Below are positions 47,508-57,896 of a stretch of 64,000 nt of DNA, piece by piece; within the stretch, counting starts at the first letter, position 1; each line of letters opens with the position of its first letter. Under the pieces are notes generated by a model. It did no database searches and was not told the DNA's origin. It saw only the letters and a list, made by a program, of their open reading frames with translations. The DNA comes from Mantamonas sphyraenae STR306 (Eukaryota > Protista > CRuMs), in contig JAPMXV010000002.1 in the NCBI GenBank assembly GCA_026936335.1, positions 248,001 through 312,000 on the forward strand, read 5' to 3'. A program made the position numbers and the translations under genes.

Positions 47508-49727
47508 ATGGACAGCGGCACCATCTTCCAGCACGGGCTGGAAAAGTGTGCACGGCAGCTGCTCGAGCGAACACATGGGGCACTGTGGGCAGACACAGAG
47601 GCTCCGGGAGGGGTCAGCCTGGCGCAGCTAAAGGCAGAGGTTGCAACCCTGCCCGAATTGACACGGCTGCAGCAGCTTCTTGTCGACAGGCTTCCAAGCA
47701 GCAGCGAACTGTCACACTGGCCTCACATGTACATACACAGCATAGAGAGCCCCGAGTACACGGTCCAGCTTCCGCTTGCTCCGCTGCAGCTGCCGTCGAC
47801 TCAGCAGCAACCGCAAGGCGCGTTGGCGCCAACGGACGACGTCCTCGCCGCTGTCTTTTCCACCTGGAGGCACCACGTCCACGCAGTCGCTCAAAGACGC
47901 CACCTCAATGTGACGGCCAGCTTGCATGCAGCCACACACAGCCAGGCACGTGCTTGGGCCGCCTGGAAAGCCGTCCTGGTTGCCGGCGGCCGGTTCCGCC
48001 TAGCCTGGGCCTTTGTCAACTGGAGGACCTGTGTACAGCGACGCAAGGTCGATGCCGCAGCCACGCACCTTCACTTGCGTCTGGTGGCCCACGAAGCACT
48101 GCTGTGCTGGCGCCAGGCGCTGGCCAAGCGCAAGGCGGTGACCATCCTGCTTGCCCACCAGCACACGGCGATGCTGCGTCGTTCGGCCTGGCGACATTGG
48201 GCTCAACTTGCACGCGACCGCAGGATACACAGGGCGGTGTCTGTGCACACCAACCACAGCCTGGCCAAGGCAGCATGGGCTCACTGGCACGTGTGCACCG
48301 TGGCTGCGCAACACAGTCGAGCCGCAGACGCCTTTCGTCGTCGCCACCTTTCCCACCGCGTGTTGCACACCTGGATTCAGCGTCGCCTGCACTGTCTCCA
48401 ACTTTCCAAGCGAGGCCAGGCTTTTGCACGCCATGCCGCGTTGCAACAGGGCTTCCTTCGTTGGGCCCTGGCCGCCTCCCAGGCCGAACTCGACCGCGCA
48501 CGTGTCTCTGCCGCCGACCAGTTTGCCCAACGCAAGCGAGGCCTTATTTATTTCCGACGCTGGCGACGAAGGTGGGCTCTCGTCGCTCTGCTGCGTGTCT
48601 GGGGTCACCGGATGCGTCTGCGCTTGGCAATCGACACGTGGCACACCTACGCCCTCGACCAACAGCGCACTCGCTATTGGATGGTCTTTGCTCTTGCTTT
48701 TCGCCGACGCCAGCTCCTTCGTCCTGCTCTCCTGGCCCTACGCAACAACAAGGACGAAAGTCACGCCGACCACCTCCATCACGCCCATCTACGTCGTCAC
48801 TACTGGCATTCCTGGCTCCACGCGTACACAGACCGCCTCCAGGCCGAGCAACACCTCCTCGTTGCGCATCGCTTCTACCTCGAGCGGGTGCAGGTCGGCC
48901 TCCTCTCGCGTGCCTACCTGCACTGGTGGCATTGGGCGTTTGAGCAACGCCACCATCGCCGTCAGCTCCAGGCTGCCGAGTTTCGCCATGCGCAAAGCAT
49001 TCGCACGCGTGTGTTGCCCATCTGTTGGTCCGCCTGGCGTGCGTACGCCCAACGCATTGCGCTTGCTCGCCATCGCCTGGGGTTGGTGGCGGCCGCACGA
49101 AACCGCGCCCTCCTCCAACGATGCATCGCCACCTGGCGTCGTTTCCACCAGCACGTCTTTGTCATCCACACCATGAACGAGATGGCCCAGCTGTACATCC
49201 AGGGCAAGGAAGTGCAGCTCAAGCAGCGCGTGTGGCAACTCTGGTCGCTTGCCTACCGTCTCGAACGACAACGCAAGTGGACTGAAGCCGTCCAGTTTGC
49301 CCAAGAGACTCTTTTGTACAACTGCTTCCATGCATGGATCCAAGGCATTCACGTCAGCCGCTTCATGGATCGGCTGCACACACGCCGCTATCTTCGCCCA
49401 GCCATGACTCAGTGGCAGCGCCATGCCTTGTATGTGCCCGAACTCAAGCGCAAGATGGCCATGCTTCATTACCAAAAGACACTGCTGCTGCATACATTGC
49501 GCCTGTGGCACCAAGTCGCCCACCATCCGTGGTTGGAGTTTGGCTACAGCACACCCACTCGATCGCGTGTGATTGTGCCCGACGAGGACGATGATGATGA
49601 CGATGACGATGACGGTGTCAATCCAGGCTGGCTCGAACAGTTCCTCCTCAGCGACAAGAAGCAACGCACTGCAATGCTGAGTGAAGCAAACACGGGATCT
49701 CCTTCGTCACCGGCGCGACGAGGATGA
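47508..49727 (+). CDS. Second Sfi1-repeat-like protein (~739 aa)
   Basis: Intronless ORF with recurrent A...LL...F/W-x2-W repeats (AVFSTW, AWAAW, AFVNW, YFRRW, CFHAW) and an acidic tail. ATG in gccATG after a CT tract. Confidence 0.75.
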   Translation: MDSGTIFQHGLEKCARQLLERTHGALWADTEAPGGVSLAQLKAEVATLPELTRLQQLLVDRLPSSSELSHWPHMYIHSIESPEYTVQLPLAPLQLPSTQQQPQGALAPTDDVLAAVFSTWRHHVHAVAQRRHLNVTASLHAATHSQARAWAAWKAVLVAGGRFRLAWAFVNWRTCVQRRKVDAAATHLHLRLVAHEALLCWRQALAKRKAVTILLAHQHTAMLRRSAWRHWAQLARDRRIHRAVSVHTNHSLAKAAWAHWHVCTVAAQHSRAADAFRRRHLSHRVLHTWIQRRLHCLQLSKRGQAFARHAALQQGFLRWALAASQAELDRARVSAADQFAQRKRGLIYFRRWRRRWALVALLRVWGHRMRLRLAIDTWHTYALDQQRTRYWMVFALAFRRRQLLRPALLALRNNKDESHADHLHHAHLRRHYWHSWLHAYTDRLQAEQHLLVAHRFYLERVQVGLLSRAYLHWWHWAFEQRHHRRQLQAAEFRHAQSIRTRVLPICWSAWRAYAQRIALARHRLGLVAAARNRALLQRCIATWRRFHQHVFVIHTMNEMAQLYIQGKEVQLKQRVWQLWSLAYRLERQRKWTEAVQFAQETLLYNCFHAWIQGIHVSRFMDRLHTRRYLRPAMTQWQRHALYVPELKRKMAMLHYQKTLLLHTLRLWHQVAHHPWLEFGYSTPTRSRVIVPDEDDDDDDDDDGVNPGWLEQFLLSDKKQRTAMLSEANTGSPSSPARRG

Positions 49728-50603
49728 TGATGATGATGACGACGATGAACGCTGCTCTTGCTTGATCTTGGGTGGTCTGTATGTGCCTGGCATCGTCTTG
49801 CGCTTCTTCTTCTTGTGCTTTCCCTTGGTCTGTGCCTGTTGAAAGTCGCGCCAGCTGCTCACCCGCGCCTCCCGCTTGTTCTCCCAGTCCTGCTCCTTCT
49901 TCAGCACCTCCTGGTATTTGTTCTCCACCGCAATTTCCTGCTCCCTTTTCCTTTTGTTGCTCTCCGATGTGCGCTCTGTGTGCACAATGGAGAGTGTGTG
50001 TGTGTGTGCGAGTTCGGGGGTCAGTTTCCGCGCACGTCCACGTCCACGCATCGCACTCCTCCACTTACGCAATTCCTTCTGTCGGTTCATCTCGATTTGT
50101 GCAAACAGTTTGCACGTCTCCACCTCCAGCAGCTTGTTGTACACCTCTGGCTTGTCCTCGTCAATCTCTGCGTCCGCGCGTCCCGTCGCCGCCCGTTTGG
50201 CCTCCACCGTCTTGCGCACGTTGTCCCGTGCCTCTTGGACCACGGCTGCACAAAACTTGCGCTGTTCTTCGTCCATCAGAAGCGAGTGGGCACGGTTAAC
50301 CGCGTCAAACGCGTCCTTGGCGTGCTCCAGATTCGGATTCTTGTCTGGATGCACCATCATTGCCAGTTTGCGGAAGCTGCGCTTGATTTCCTTATCCTCT
50401 GCATCGAGTGACACGCCCAGCACATAGAATGGGTTCAGATTGAAGTATTTCGCTCCAGGCCGAAGCAGGTGCGCAATCACTTTCTCCTTCTCCACCTGCT
50501 TGGCCATCTGCGCCATCTTTTTCTGCTCCTCTGCCAGATTCACCGCGGCCGCTGCCGCCACGGCTGCTTCCCCTGCCGCAGGCGCTCCTGTTGTGCTGCT
50601 CAT
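49707..50603 (-). CDS. DNAJC8: DnaJ homolog subfamily C member 8 (SPF31); exons 50603-50069, 49975-49707
   Basis: LLRPGAKYFNLNPFYVL, J-domain HPD motif (VHPDKNP), WENKREARVSSWRDF, YRPPKIKQEQR. The 93-nt intron 50068-49976 (GTAAGT...CACAG) is in frame. Confidence 0.93.
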   Translation of the reverse strand: MSSTTGAPAAGEAAVAAAAAVNLAEEQKKMAQMAKQVEKEKVIAHLLRPGAKYFNLNPFYVLGVSLDAEDKEIKRSFRKLAMMVHPDKNPNLEHAKDAFDAVNRAHSLLMDEEQRKFCAAVVQEARDNVRKTVEAKRAATGRADAEIDEDKPEVYNKLLEVETCKLFAQIEMNRQKELRKWRSAMRGRGRARKLTPELAHTHTLSIVHTERTSESNKRKREQEIAVENKYQEVLKKEQDWENKREARVSSWRDFQQAQTKGKHKKKKRKTMPGTYRPPKIKQEQRSSSSSSSSSSSRR

Positions 50604-50676
50604 GAGTTGCCCTGGCCACGCCTGCGCCACGTCCGCGCCATCGCCCACAACTTGCTCCCTTGCTCCTGCTCTCGCC

Positions 50677-51806
50677 ATGACAGTTGGAGCTCGCACCTAC
50701 GAGCAAGCCGAGGAGCTACAGATGGATGTCATCACCTTTGGCACACTTGCAGGCCTGTACTGCCTCCTCTTCAGCACCTCCACCTACTTTCTCCTGCGCA
50801 AGGGTATGGAGGCCCTTGAATGGTCCAACACACACACCTTTTACGTCTTTTTCACCATTGCCTCTCTCATGTGAGTTGCCCATTGTCTCGCTGCCTCCAC
50901 TGTCCCGCTGCGTGTGCCCCGTCTGCACACATCCACGCGCACTTTTCCCGCGACGCTGCCCAGCCGGCCCCCTTGTGGCTACGCTGCGCACACCGCGCCT
51001 CTCCAGGCCCATATTCCATGTGCACGCATCGACTTGGTGCCACTGGGTGTGTGTTTCAGTTCACCCTGCCTGCCTTGGTATGCACACGTGCTGACTCTTG
51101 CGCCACCGCACACGGTTTTCGGCACCCTCTGCGTTCCCCCACCCGCAGGCGCACCGCCTTCCTGGTCATCTTCAGCCTCTCGCTGCTGGGCATGATCAAG
51201 GCCACCATGAGCGCCATCCTGTTTCTCAACACCTTTCCATCCGTCCTCTTCTTCATCTGCTACCTGCAGCTGCTCTTTCTGTGGTGGTCCATTGTTGCGC
51301 CTTCCAACCACGCTCGCCTCTGGGTCCGCTTCCGCAACACCCTCATCGGCATCCTCACCATCTTTTTCGCCCTTTTTACATGGACTGCCATCGAGACCGG
51401 CAACCTCCTCTTTACAGAAGGCACCGTGCGCGACTCGTTTGTCGCTGGCCAGGTCACCCTGCTCTGCTTCCTTACAGGCACCTACTTTGCCTCTGCGTTT
51501 GCCTTTATGTACACCAAGAATTCGGTGCAGGAGACGCTTCTGGCTGACCAGGCACAGACGGGCACCTCTCGCGCCATGCTCCTTGCAAAGGTCAACCGCA
51601 TCAGCCTCGTCTGCGCTGTCTGCTTCACTGTCCGCGGCATCGTCACTGTCGCCTTTGCCTTTCTCAAGCTCGGCAACAATTGGCTCACCATGGGTGGGTA
51701 CTACCTCTTCCTCGAGCTTATTCCCCTCAGTCTCATCCTCTACCTCCTCAAATTCGGTGCAACACCGTCCTCGGGTGCTCATCGCCCGCTCATCAACAAG
51801 AATTGA
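50677..51806 (+). CDS. THH1/TOM1/TOM3 (GPR137-like) multi-pass membrane protein; exons 50677-50870, 51149-51806
   Basis: About 7 TM helices; FPSVLFFICYLQLLFLW, CAVCFTVRG and YYLFLELIPLSLILYLL are typical of this family. Intron GTGAGT...CTGAC...CGCAG is in frame (AT|G). Confidence 0.8.
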
Positions 51807-51876
51807 AGCATGCCAGCCAGCATCAGCATCACACACACATCTCCAAATGTACATTTCTTTTTTGCTGCTCTGTGCC

Positions 51877-52338
51877 TCATTCAAACAGCGCCGCCAGCTC
51901 AGCTGCCTCTTGAGCCATCTCCTCCTCGGTACGATTCTTGCTCTCCTCATTGTCCACCCACACTCGCTCCTCCTTGTTCTCCAGGTCGACGTAGATGTCG
52001 TCGTTGTCTTCGTAGTCCCCCTTGCGCCTGGGAATGACGTGCGTGTGCACGTGCGGCACAGTCTGCCCTGCTTCCGGCCCGTCCTGGCATACAATCGTCA
52101 GCGACGTCGCGTCGTACTGTTTCTCCAGCACAGGCGCAATCTTGCGCGTCAACATGAGCATGTCCGCTGCTTCTTCGTCCGTCATGTCTGCGTACCGTGC
52201 CACCACGCGCTTCGTGATCACAAGCACATGTCCAGGCTGCACCGGACGCAGGTTCACAGTGGCAAAGCAGTGCGAACTACGCAGAAATACTTGTGTGTCT
52301 GTGATCACATGCTTGCCAAACCGTTGTTGGGAGGACAT
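51877..52338 (-). CDS. FHIT: Bis(5'-adenosyl)-triphosphatase (fragile histidine triad protein)
   Basis: RFGKHVI...VF...FATVNLRPVQPGHVLV, QDGPEAGQTVPHVHTHVIPRRKGDY, NDDIY, RTEEEMAQEA. Confidence 0.95.
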   Translation of the reverse strand: MSSQQRFGKHVITDTQVFLRSSHCFATVNLRPVQPGHVLVITKRVVARYADMTDEEAADMLMLTRKIAPVLEKQYDATSLTIVCQDGPEAGQTVPHVHTHVIPRRKGDYEDNDDIYVDLENKEERVWVDNEESKNRTEEEMAQEAAELAALFE

Positions 52339-52475
52339 CACCGCCTGGAGTGGACAAAGGAGGGGGGATTTGCACTGGCTGCCCTTGCGCTGCCAACGTT
52401 CCATTCGCCGGCTCCGGACGACACCGCAACCCGTTCCGACGTCGCACACACACACGTGTCTCATCGCACCATCCA

Positions 52476-53173
52476 ATGTCGTCCAGCAATGAGGAGCAAA
52501 TCAGCAAGGAGGAAGGCGCGACGGTAGTGGTCCGTGTCGTCAAATCCTTTGCCTACCGCAACATCAAGCATATGGTGTTCAAGGACCTGGATTTGGATGC
52601 TCTCACTGCACAGCAGCTGCGCGAAATGATCGACGCCAGTGAGTCACCACCTGCCCTGAAACCTCCTCCGCATTCTCTGCTCACACGCTCGCTCTTGTTC
52701 TTCCCTGTCCTTGGCCGCTGCCCACACCCGCCCTTCACCCCCTCCCGCCAAACTGCCTCCTCTGCCTCTCTCAGGGATTCAGAGCGAAGGCGCCTTTCGA
52801 GCATTCCGCAAGGCTACTTTTGGTGCGTTTTCGCCCTGGGGTTGTTGGGGAATCGAAAACCCTGGAAAATCTGCGATTGGGCCCCCGTGAGCTTTCCCCT
52901 TGCTGACTCTGCCCGCGAACCCCCCCCCCGCGCCATGGTCCACTCTCACTTGCCCTCTGGTCTTTCGAAACAGACACTCTCAAAATCAACCACCAGCCCG
53001 GAGGCTTCAAGGACAACAATCTGGCCATTGCCCTCGTTGAGGACGAGAAGCATCACGTGCTCGACTGGGACACTTCCCTTGCCGACAACGGCGTCGTCGA
53101 CGAGACCGAGCTCTCCTACTACAACGACGAGGACTATGCCTCGTATGTCTCTAATCCAGAGGTGAAATGGTGA
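52476..53173 (+). CDS. UPF0538 / C2orf76 / Aim29-like protein; exons 52476-52638, 52775-52822, 52974-53173
   Basis: Spliced product ATVVVRVVKSFAYRNIKHMVF...AFR...F|DTLKI...GFKDNNLAI...LADNGVVDETELSYYNDEDY...NPEVKW*. Two GT-AG introns are in frame. Confidence 0.88.
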
Positions 53174-53199
53174 GCTCAAAACCACACCAATGGACCCTT

Positions 53200-53371
53200 T
53201 CAGTCGTCTTCATTGTCGATGTTTGCGAACCCACTCGTGCGCACAAGCTGCTGCCGTTTCCGCGATGCACGCAGCTCCAACGATGGCTTCACCGTCTTTC
53301 GTGTGCTCACTTTGCGATTCCACAGCACCTCGTCGCTCTGAAGAGCCCCGGATCCCACTGTGCTGCTGTTG

Positions 53372-53402
<31 letters not shown>

Positions 53403-54504
53403 CCCCACTGCTCCCTTCCTTGTCCATCAGCAGCTTCTCCCACGCCGTGGCATTCTCAAACGCCATCTTCTGTTCCCTGGTTGCACGCACGTCCTCCAGC
53501 CGCCTGCCGTTCTTGTTGCGCAACACCCCGTCTTGCAGCGCAAGATCTGCTCCGGCTTCGCTCTCAAATGTCACAATGTCAAACGCACGCTTTGCAGGCG
53601 CCTGCGTATCCTTTCGCCGGAACCGGTTGCTGCGCTTCTGCTCCTCCACTTCCCGCAGCTTCTGCCTCTCCTCCACAAAGCGCCGCTCCTTGTTGAACTT
53701 GCGCTGCTTTGCACGCACGCTCGCCGTCTTGCGCAGGTTGTACTCTTCAAACTTTTGCGCGTCCGTCACCGTGTGCGACGTCATGTTGTAGAACGACGAC
53801 AGCGAGTCCTTGAAAAACTCGGGCTCTGCCTTCTTCTTATGCCTGCGCTGAGGCTGTGTCTCCTCTGCCGCCTGCTTTGCTGCCTCTTCGTCCAGAGTCT
53901 CTGCAAGCAGCTTTTTGTGCATACCCTCCACAATTCGCTTCCCGCGCCTCCTCGCTGGCTTCTCCTGGATCTCGTTTTCCCTCCTCATCCACAGGCGGCG
54001 CCAGCGGGTGCGGCGACGGCTTCTTCGCAAGCGACACAATGTCGTAGTTTGCCCGCGATGCCGCCAACTCGGCCCGCATGTTGCGCGGCCTCTGCGTCAC
54101 AGGATTCCTCTCTTGGCCATTGATAATGTCAAACGACTCCTGCTGCTTCGCCTTGACCTGCAACCGCCCCAGACGTGGTTTCCGGTGCGACGTTCCCAAA
54201 CAACGGTCAGTTCCACCTCGCCCCAGCCCCTGCGCCACTCCTCCCTCGTCTCGTTTCCACACAACAAACGCTCACACAATGTGGACACGCGCCATATCCA
54301 CGGCCCCACGCCCGTCGCTCTTGTCGCCCTTACCTTTTGCAGGTTCTGGAACCGCTGCGTCGACTTGGCTGCCTCCCGAGAATCATTCTGCGACACCAGC
54401 TCCTCAAATCGATGCTGCGTGATTCTCTCCACAGGCTTGGTCTCAAACTGCACCGTCTTTTTCTCCGCTTCAATGTTGCGGATGTAGTCTGCCCACGAAG
54501 ACAT
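53200..54504 (-). CDS. Uncharacterised charged/coiled-coil protein with repeated [FY][DN][IM]xx motifs; exons 54504-54334, 54157-53200; probable +1 indel ~53980
   Basis: Start MSSWADYIRNIE; intron 54333-54158 (GTAAGG...CTGAC...TGCAG) is in frame. ORFs 53837 and 53200 join by removing one G in gagGGAaaa. Confidence 0.65.
53360..53402. repeat. (GCT/GTT)n trinucleotide tract encoding a poly-Ser/Asn linker
   Basis: tgctgctgttgctgttgctgctgctgctgctgctgctgctgc is seen directly. Confidence 0.9.
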
Positions 54505-54548
54505 GGAATGGCGTCGTTTGTTTTGTTCTCCCCTTCGCCCGCACGACC

Positions 54549-56082
54549 TCACGCATCCAACATCTTCCACTGCACAAGCTCCTTCAGCGCATACTCCAAC
54601 ACATGCTTGGCATCACGCCTGTCCTCGGGCAAATTCTCTGTGATGCCCAGGATATCGCCGCACTCGCGGATGTAATACTCCAGATCGCTGTCGTCGCACT
54701 TGTTGGTCACCTGTGCCAGGCGCACTCCCTCGGACGCAAACTGTTCGTCCAGATCAAAGAGCTCCAGCGCAGGAGGAGGCGGCTCGCGGATGGCAGGCGG
54801 AAACACAGACGGTGTAAACGGCGGCAAGGGCTTCTCAAATTTGGGCGTGATCAGCGCCAGCGGCTCGTGCTTGATGTGAAGCTTGCTGTACAGCTGCACG
54901 GACTCGGGCACCAGGTCCGTGTCGAATTTAAACAGTTGGTCGTCAAACATTGACGTGAAATCCCGCGGCAGCTCCTCGCTCTCCTGCTGCAGGCATGTGC
55001 GAAGCCGCTCCGACAGCGCCGCCGTGTCGGGGAGGTACAAGTAGTCCGACACTTCAGGATCCTCAGCGTCCATGGCGTTCAGCTTCATGTCCTCTTCCTT
55101 GAACAGCCACTTGAACAGCACCTCGGCCAACACGGCGTTCTGCTGCTCCTCAAACCAGTGGTCCTCAAACACGTGTGTGGATCCCAGCACCATGAGTCTC
55201 CCGCCGCTCAATTTGTGCTCGTAACAGCCGCACACGCTCTGATTCAGCGGGTACGACACCTTGCCGCTCGAAAGCAGCGTCACTGCAGGCTGCGTCACGC
55301 TCAGCGTTGCGCCATATGGGTACACAAACGCCAGATCGTCCCTGTGTGTGTGCGTGTGTGCTCGTGTCAGCGAGGCGTTGGCCAGTGACCTCTGCATGGC
55401 GCGGAGAAACCAGGACGATCTCGCTGCCGACGCGCGCCAAAAAAAACGCATCACCCGGCAAGGGTGCCTCGCGGCCGCCGACGGCCCATGGTCACTCGCA
55501 CGGCCATTCGAACCTACTCGGATGCAACTTTGTTGGATACACTTGCGCCCACGCGCAGGATCTCCCTGTTGGTGATGCCCTTGGTGATGCAAACCTCCTG
55601 AAAAGGGGATTTTGCGCGCGCGCCAAGCGCTCAGGAGTGTGAGTGTTCCCATGCGCACACACGCCGCTGTGGTCTGGCCACGGCCCTGTGCTTGGCCCAC
55701 TCCCCACACACCCACTAACCTTGGGGTGCAGGTATTTGTAGTACACGGTACGCACTACCGCGTCCGAGTTGACGGAAAGGTAGAAGCGTTTGAGAAAGTC
55801 GTTGAGGTTGTTCTTGGGGCCTCCCTCGCCCGCCATAAACAGCACCGAGCCTCCATTTTCAATATACGACTGCATGCTATCCATTTCTTCGTCTGCAAAG
55901 TCGCCGGCTGCCCCGCAGCTGACCAGCAGCGACGTCTGCGAGAGCACCTGCTCGTCGATCTCCTGCTGATTCCCTCGCACCTGGTGGCTGTTCCTCAGCC
56001 ACCGGGTCAGCCGCTTGAACCCGTTGCCCGTGTGGAACACCTCGTTCTTGCTTTGGTTGAACGTGACCGTGCTCCCGCTCAT
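54549..56082 (-). CDS. IFT52: Intraflagellar transport protein 52; exons 56082-55720, 55597-55518, 55341-54549
   Basis: VTFNQSKNEVF...GFKRL, GGSVLFMAGEGG, NSDAVVRTVYYKYLHPK|EV, FVYPYGATLSV, LSSGKVSYPLN, LITPKFEKPLP, PPPPALELFDLDEQFASE, LAQVTNKC, DLEYYIRECGDILG. Two GT-AG introns are in frame. Confidence 0.96.
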
Positions 56083-56816
56083 GCTGAGTTGGACGAGGTT
56101 GTGTTGGCCGAGGTTGTGCGTGTGCTCCCGCCCGCCACGTGCAACGCCTCCAGCTGTCGCAATCTCCGGTCCATCATGTTGATGTAAATCACTTGCTTTC
56201 CTCGTGCCTGCCTGTATGCTTGTTTCTCGAATTCCACCAGGGCATCGGCCGCCTCTTGTTGTGCTTGGGCTGTGCGTGCCACTGTGCGCAGCCTCTCGTC
56301 CACAAGCTGCTCGAGCTTGCCCTGTCTGATTTGCCGTGGAATCAACCAATTCTGGCCCACAGCTTGGATGCGTGGCAACTCGATCAGGTACGGGACGCCG
56401 TCGTCTGTGCGAAGCACCTCTTTGTCGTGCTCCAACACAATGTTGGCCGGTGTGTCCATGGCCACCTTGCCAGTGCGCACTTTGGTGTGTGTTTTCTCTG
56501 CTGGCACGGTCATGGCCAAGTCACGTTGGCTCAGAGGCAACTCAGGCAGCTCACTGTTCTTGTCGAGTTTCATCAGTTCCTTCCACGCCTCCGTGTCCTG
56601 CTTCTGGCTACTGTGCACCAGTGACCGATCTGTGTGCGAGCTATTCTGTGTTTCCAGCTCTCCAATGGACTGAAGTGGCTTGGTGCTGCCCACACGCTGC
56701 CTCTTGTGCTCGCTCTCGTTTGATGAGACCTCTTTGTCACGCTCACGCTTGCCCCCAGCGTCCACGTGCCTCTCCAGCGCATCCAGAAAGGTCAGCGGGC
56801 CTTTGGCCCCTTCCAT
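56079..56816 (-). CDS. Uncharacterised protein with a REXO1/SRI-like helical domain, no exonuclease domain
   Basis: IPRQIRQGKLEQLVDERL...EAADALVEFEKQAYRQARGKQVIYINMMDRRLRQL resembles the helical block N-terminal to the REXO1 nuclease domain (recognised from memory). Basic N-terminus (KRERDK, KRQR). Start may be 56816 or 56843. Confidence 0.6.
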   Translation of the reverse strand: MEGAKGPLTFLDALERHVDAGGKRERDKEVSSNESEHKRQRVGSTKPLQSIGELETQNSSHTDRSLVHSSQKQDTEAWKELMKLDKNSELPELPLSQRDLAMTVPAEKTHTKVRTGKVAMDTPANIVLEHDKEVLRTDDGVPYLIELPRIQAVGQNWLIPRQIRQGKLEQLVDERLRTVARTAQAQQEAADALVEFEKQAYRQARGKQVIYINMMDRRLRQLEALHVAGGSTRTTSANTTSSNSA

Positions 56817-56944
56817 CCATTCGCCCACCCAACTGGACCACATGAGTTGTGTTGGGCCTGGACGTGCGCATCCCGGCGCAACCCGAATTCACCTCCGTTC
56901 CTGCATTGGTGTGTTGACCTACGTCTGTGCTGCAAGTCGCCACA

Positions 56945-57871
56945 ATGCGCTCGCTGCTCATAGCCACCTTCTGCATGGCCATTCTGATGTTTACCCTGCA
57001 GGCAAACGGCATCAGCGGCCACACGGCCAGCAGCAGCTCAGTCGACGACACCGTGTGTCCGCATGGCGGCCGGTTTCCCCTGCTAAAGGACGGCACACCC
57101 GACTTTGAGCCCACTCTGCTGAAAATGAGCATCGGCGAAGTGTGGATTGGCATCCTGCTGACGGTGGGCACGGCGGTAGCGGTGGCCCCTCAGCTTGTCC
57201 ACCTTTTGCGCACCCAGTCCAGCGCAGGGCTCTCCCACTGGTCTCTGTTTATGAATCTCATCACACAGTACCTCAGCATTCTTTCCCTTATTGTCATGAA
57301 GGCGCCGCAGCTGCTTGCCTGCCGTCAGGTTGGCCTGTGGCGCTGCAGCCCATCACTGCTCTCTCTAGCCCAAGGGCTCATCCTCTGGCTCGTCTCACTG
57401 CCCATCTATGTCCTCTTTCTCCGCTACTGCAAGAACAAACGAGAGCGGGCCGAGGCGGAGCGCGTGTACTATGTCCACGTGTGCATCTGCGTCCTGTGCA
57501 TGGCTTTCTCCGTCTACCTTCTCGATGCCGCTGGCCCATGTGCAGACGCCACTCGTCTGTGGGCACATACTCTCGGCGTCATCACCACCATCCTCACCAC
57601 CCTCCAGTTCCTTCCCCAGATCCAACTGACCCGTACCACGGGCCAGGCGGGCGCCCTCAGCCTGACTGCCATGTTCATTCAGCTCCCTGGCACGGTGGCC
57701 CTCACCCTGTACATAGCCGTCACCCTCAAGGAGCACATCAACGTTTGGATCTCCTACGCCGTCTCTGCCGTCCAGCAGGCCTATCTCATGTGGCTTGTCC
57801 TGCGCGGGCCTTCTGCTGCAGCGGCCGGCGACAAGTCCAACCGCAAGCGCGCCATTGCCCGAGACGTTTGA
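56945..57871 (+). CDS. PQ-loop repeat (SLC66-family) transporter with N-terminal signal sequence
   Basis: Two PQ motifs (VAPQLVHLLRTQSSAGLS; QFLPQIQLTRTTGQAGALS) and 7 TM helices. Confidence 0.88.
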   Translation: MRSLLIATFCMAILMFTLQANGISGHTASSSSVDDTVCPHGGRFPLLKDGTPDFEPTLLKMSIGEVWIGILLTVGTAVAVAPQLVHLLRTQSSAGLSHWSLFMNLITQYLSILSLIVMKAPQLLACRQVGLWRCSPSLLSLAQGLILWLVSLPIYVLFLRYCKNKRERAEAERVYYVHVCICVLCMAFSVYLLDAAGPCADATRLWAHTLGVITTILTTLQFLPQIQLTRTTGQAGALSLTAMFIQLPGTVALTLYIAVTLKEHINVWISYAVSAVQQAYLMWLVLRGPSAAAAGDKSNRKRAIARDV

Positions 57872-57896
57872 GACACACACACACACAAACACACAC
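57872..57896. repeat. (AC)n microsatellite
   Basis: gacacacacacacacaaacacacac lies directly after the PQ-loop stop codon. Confidence 0.85.
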
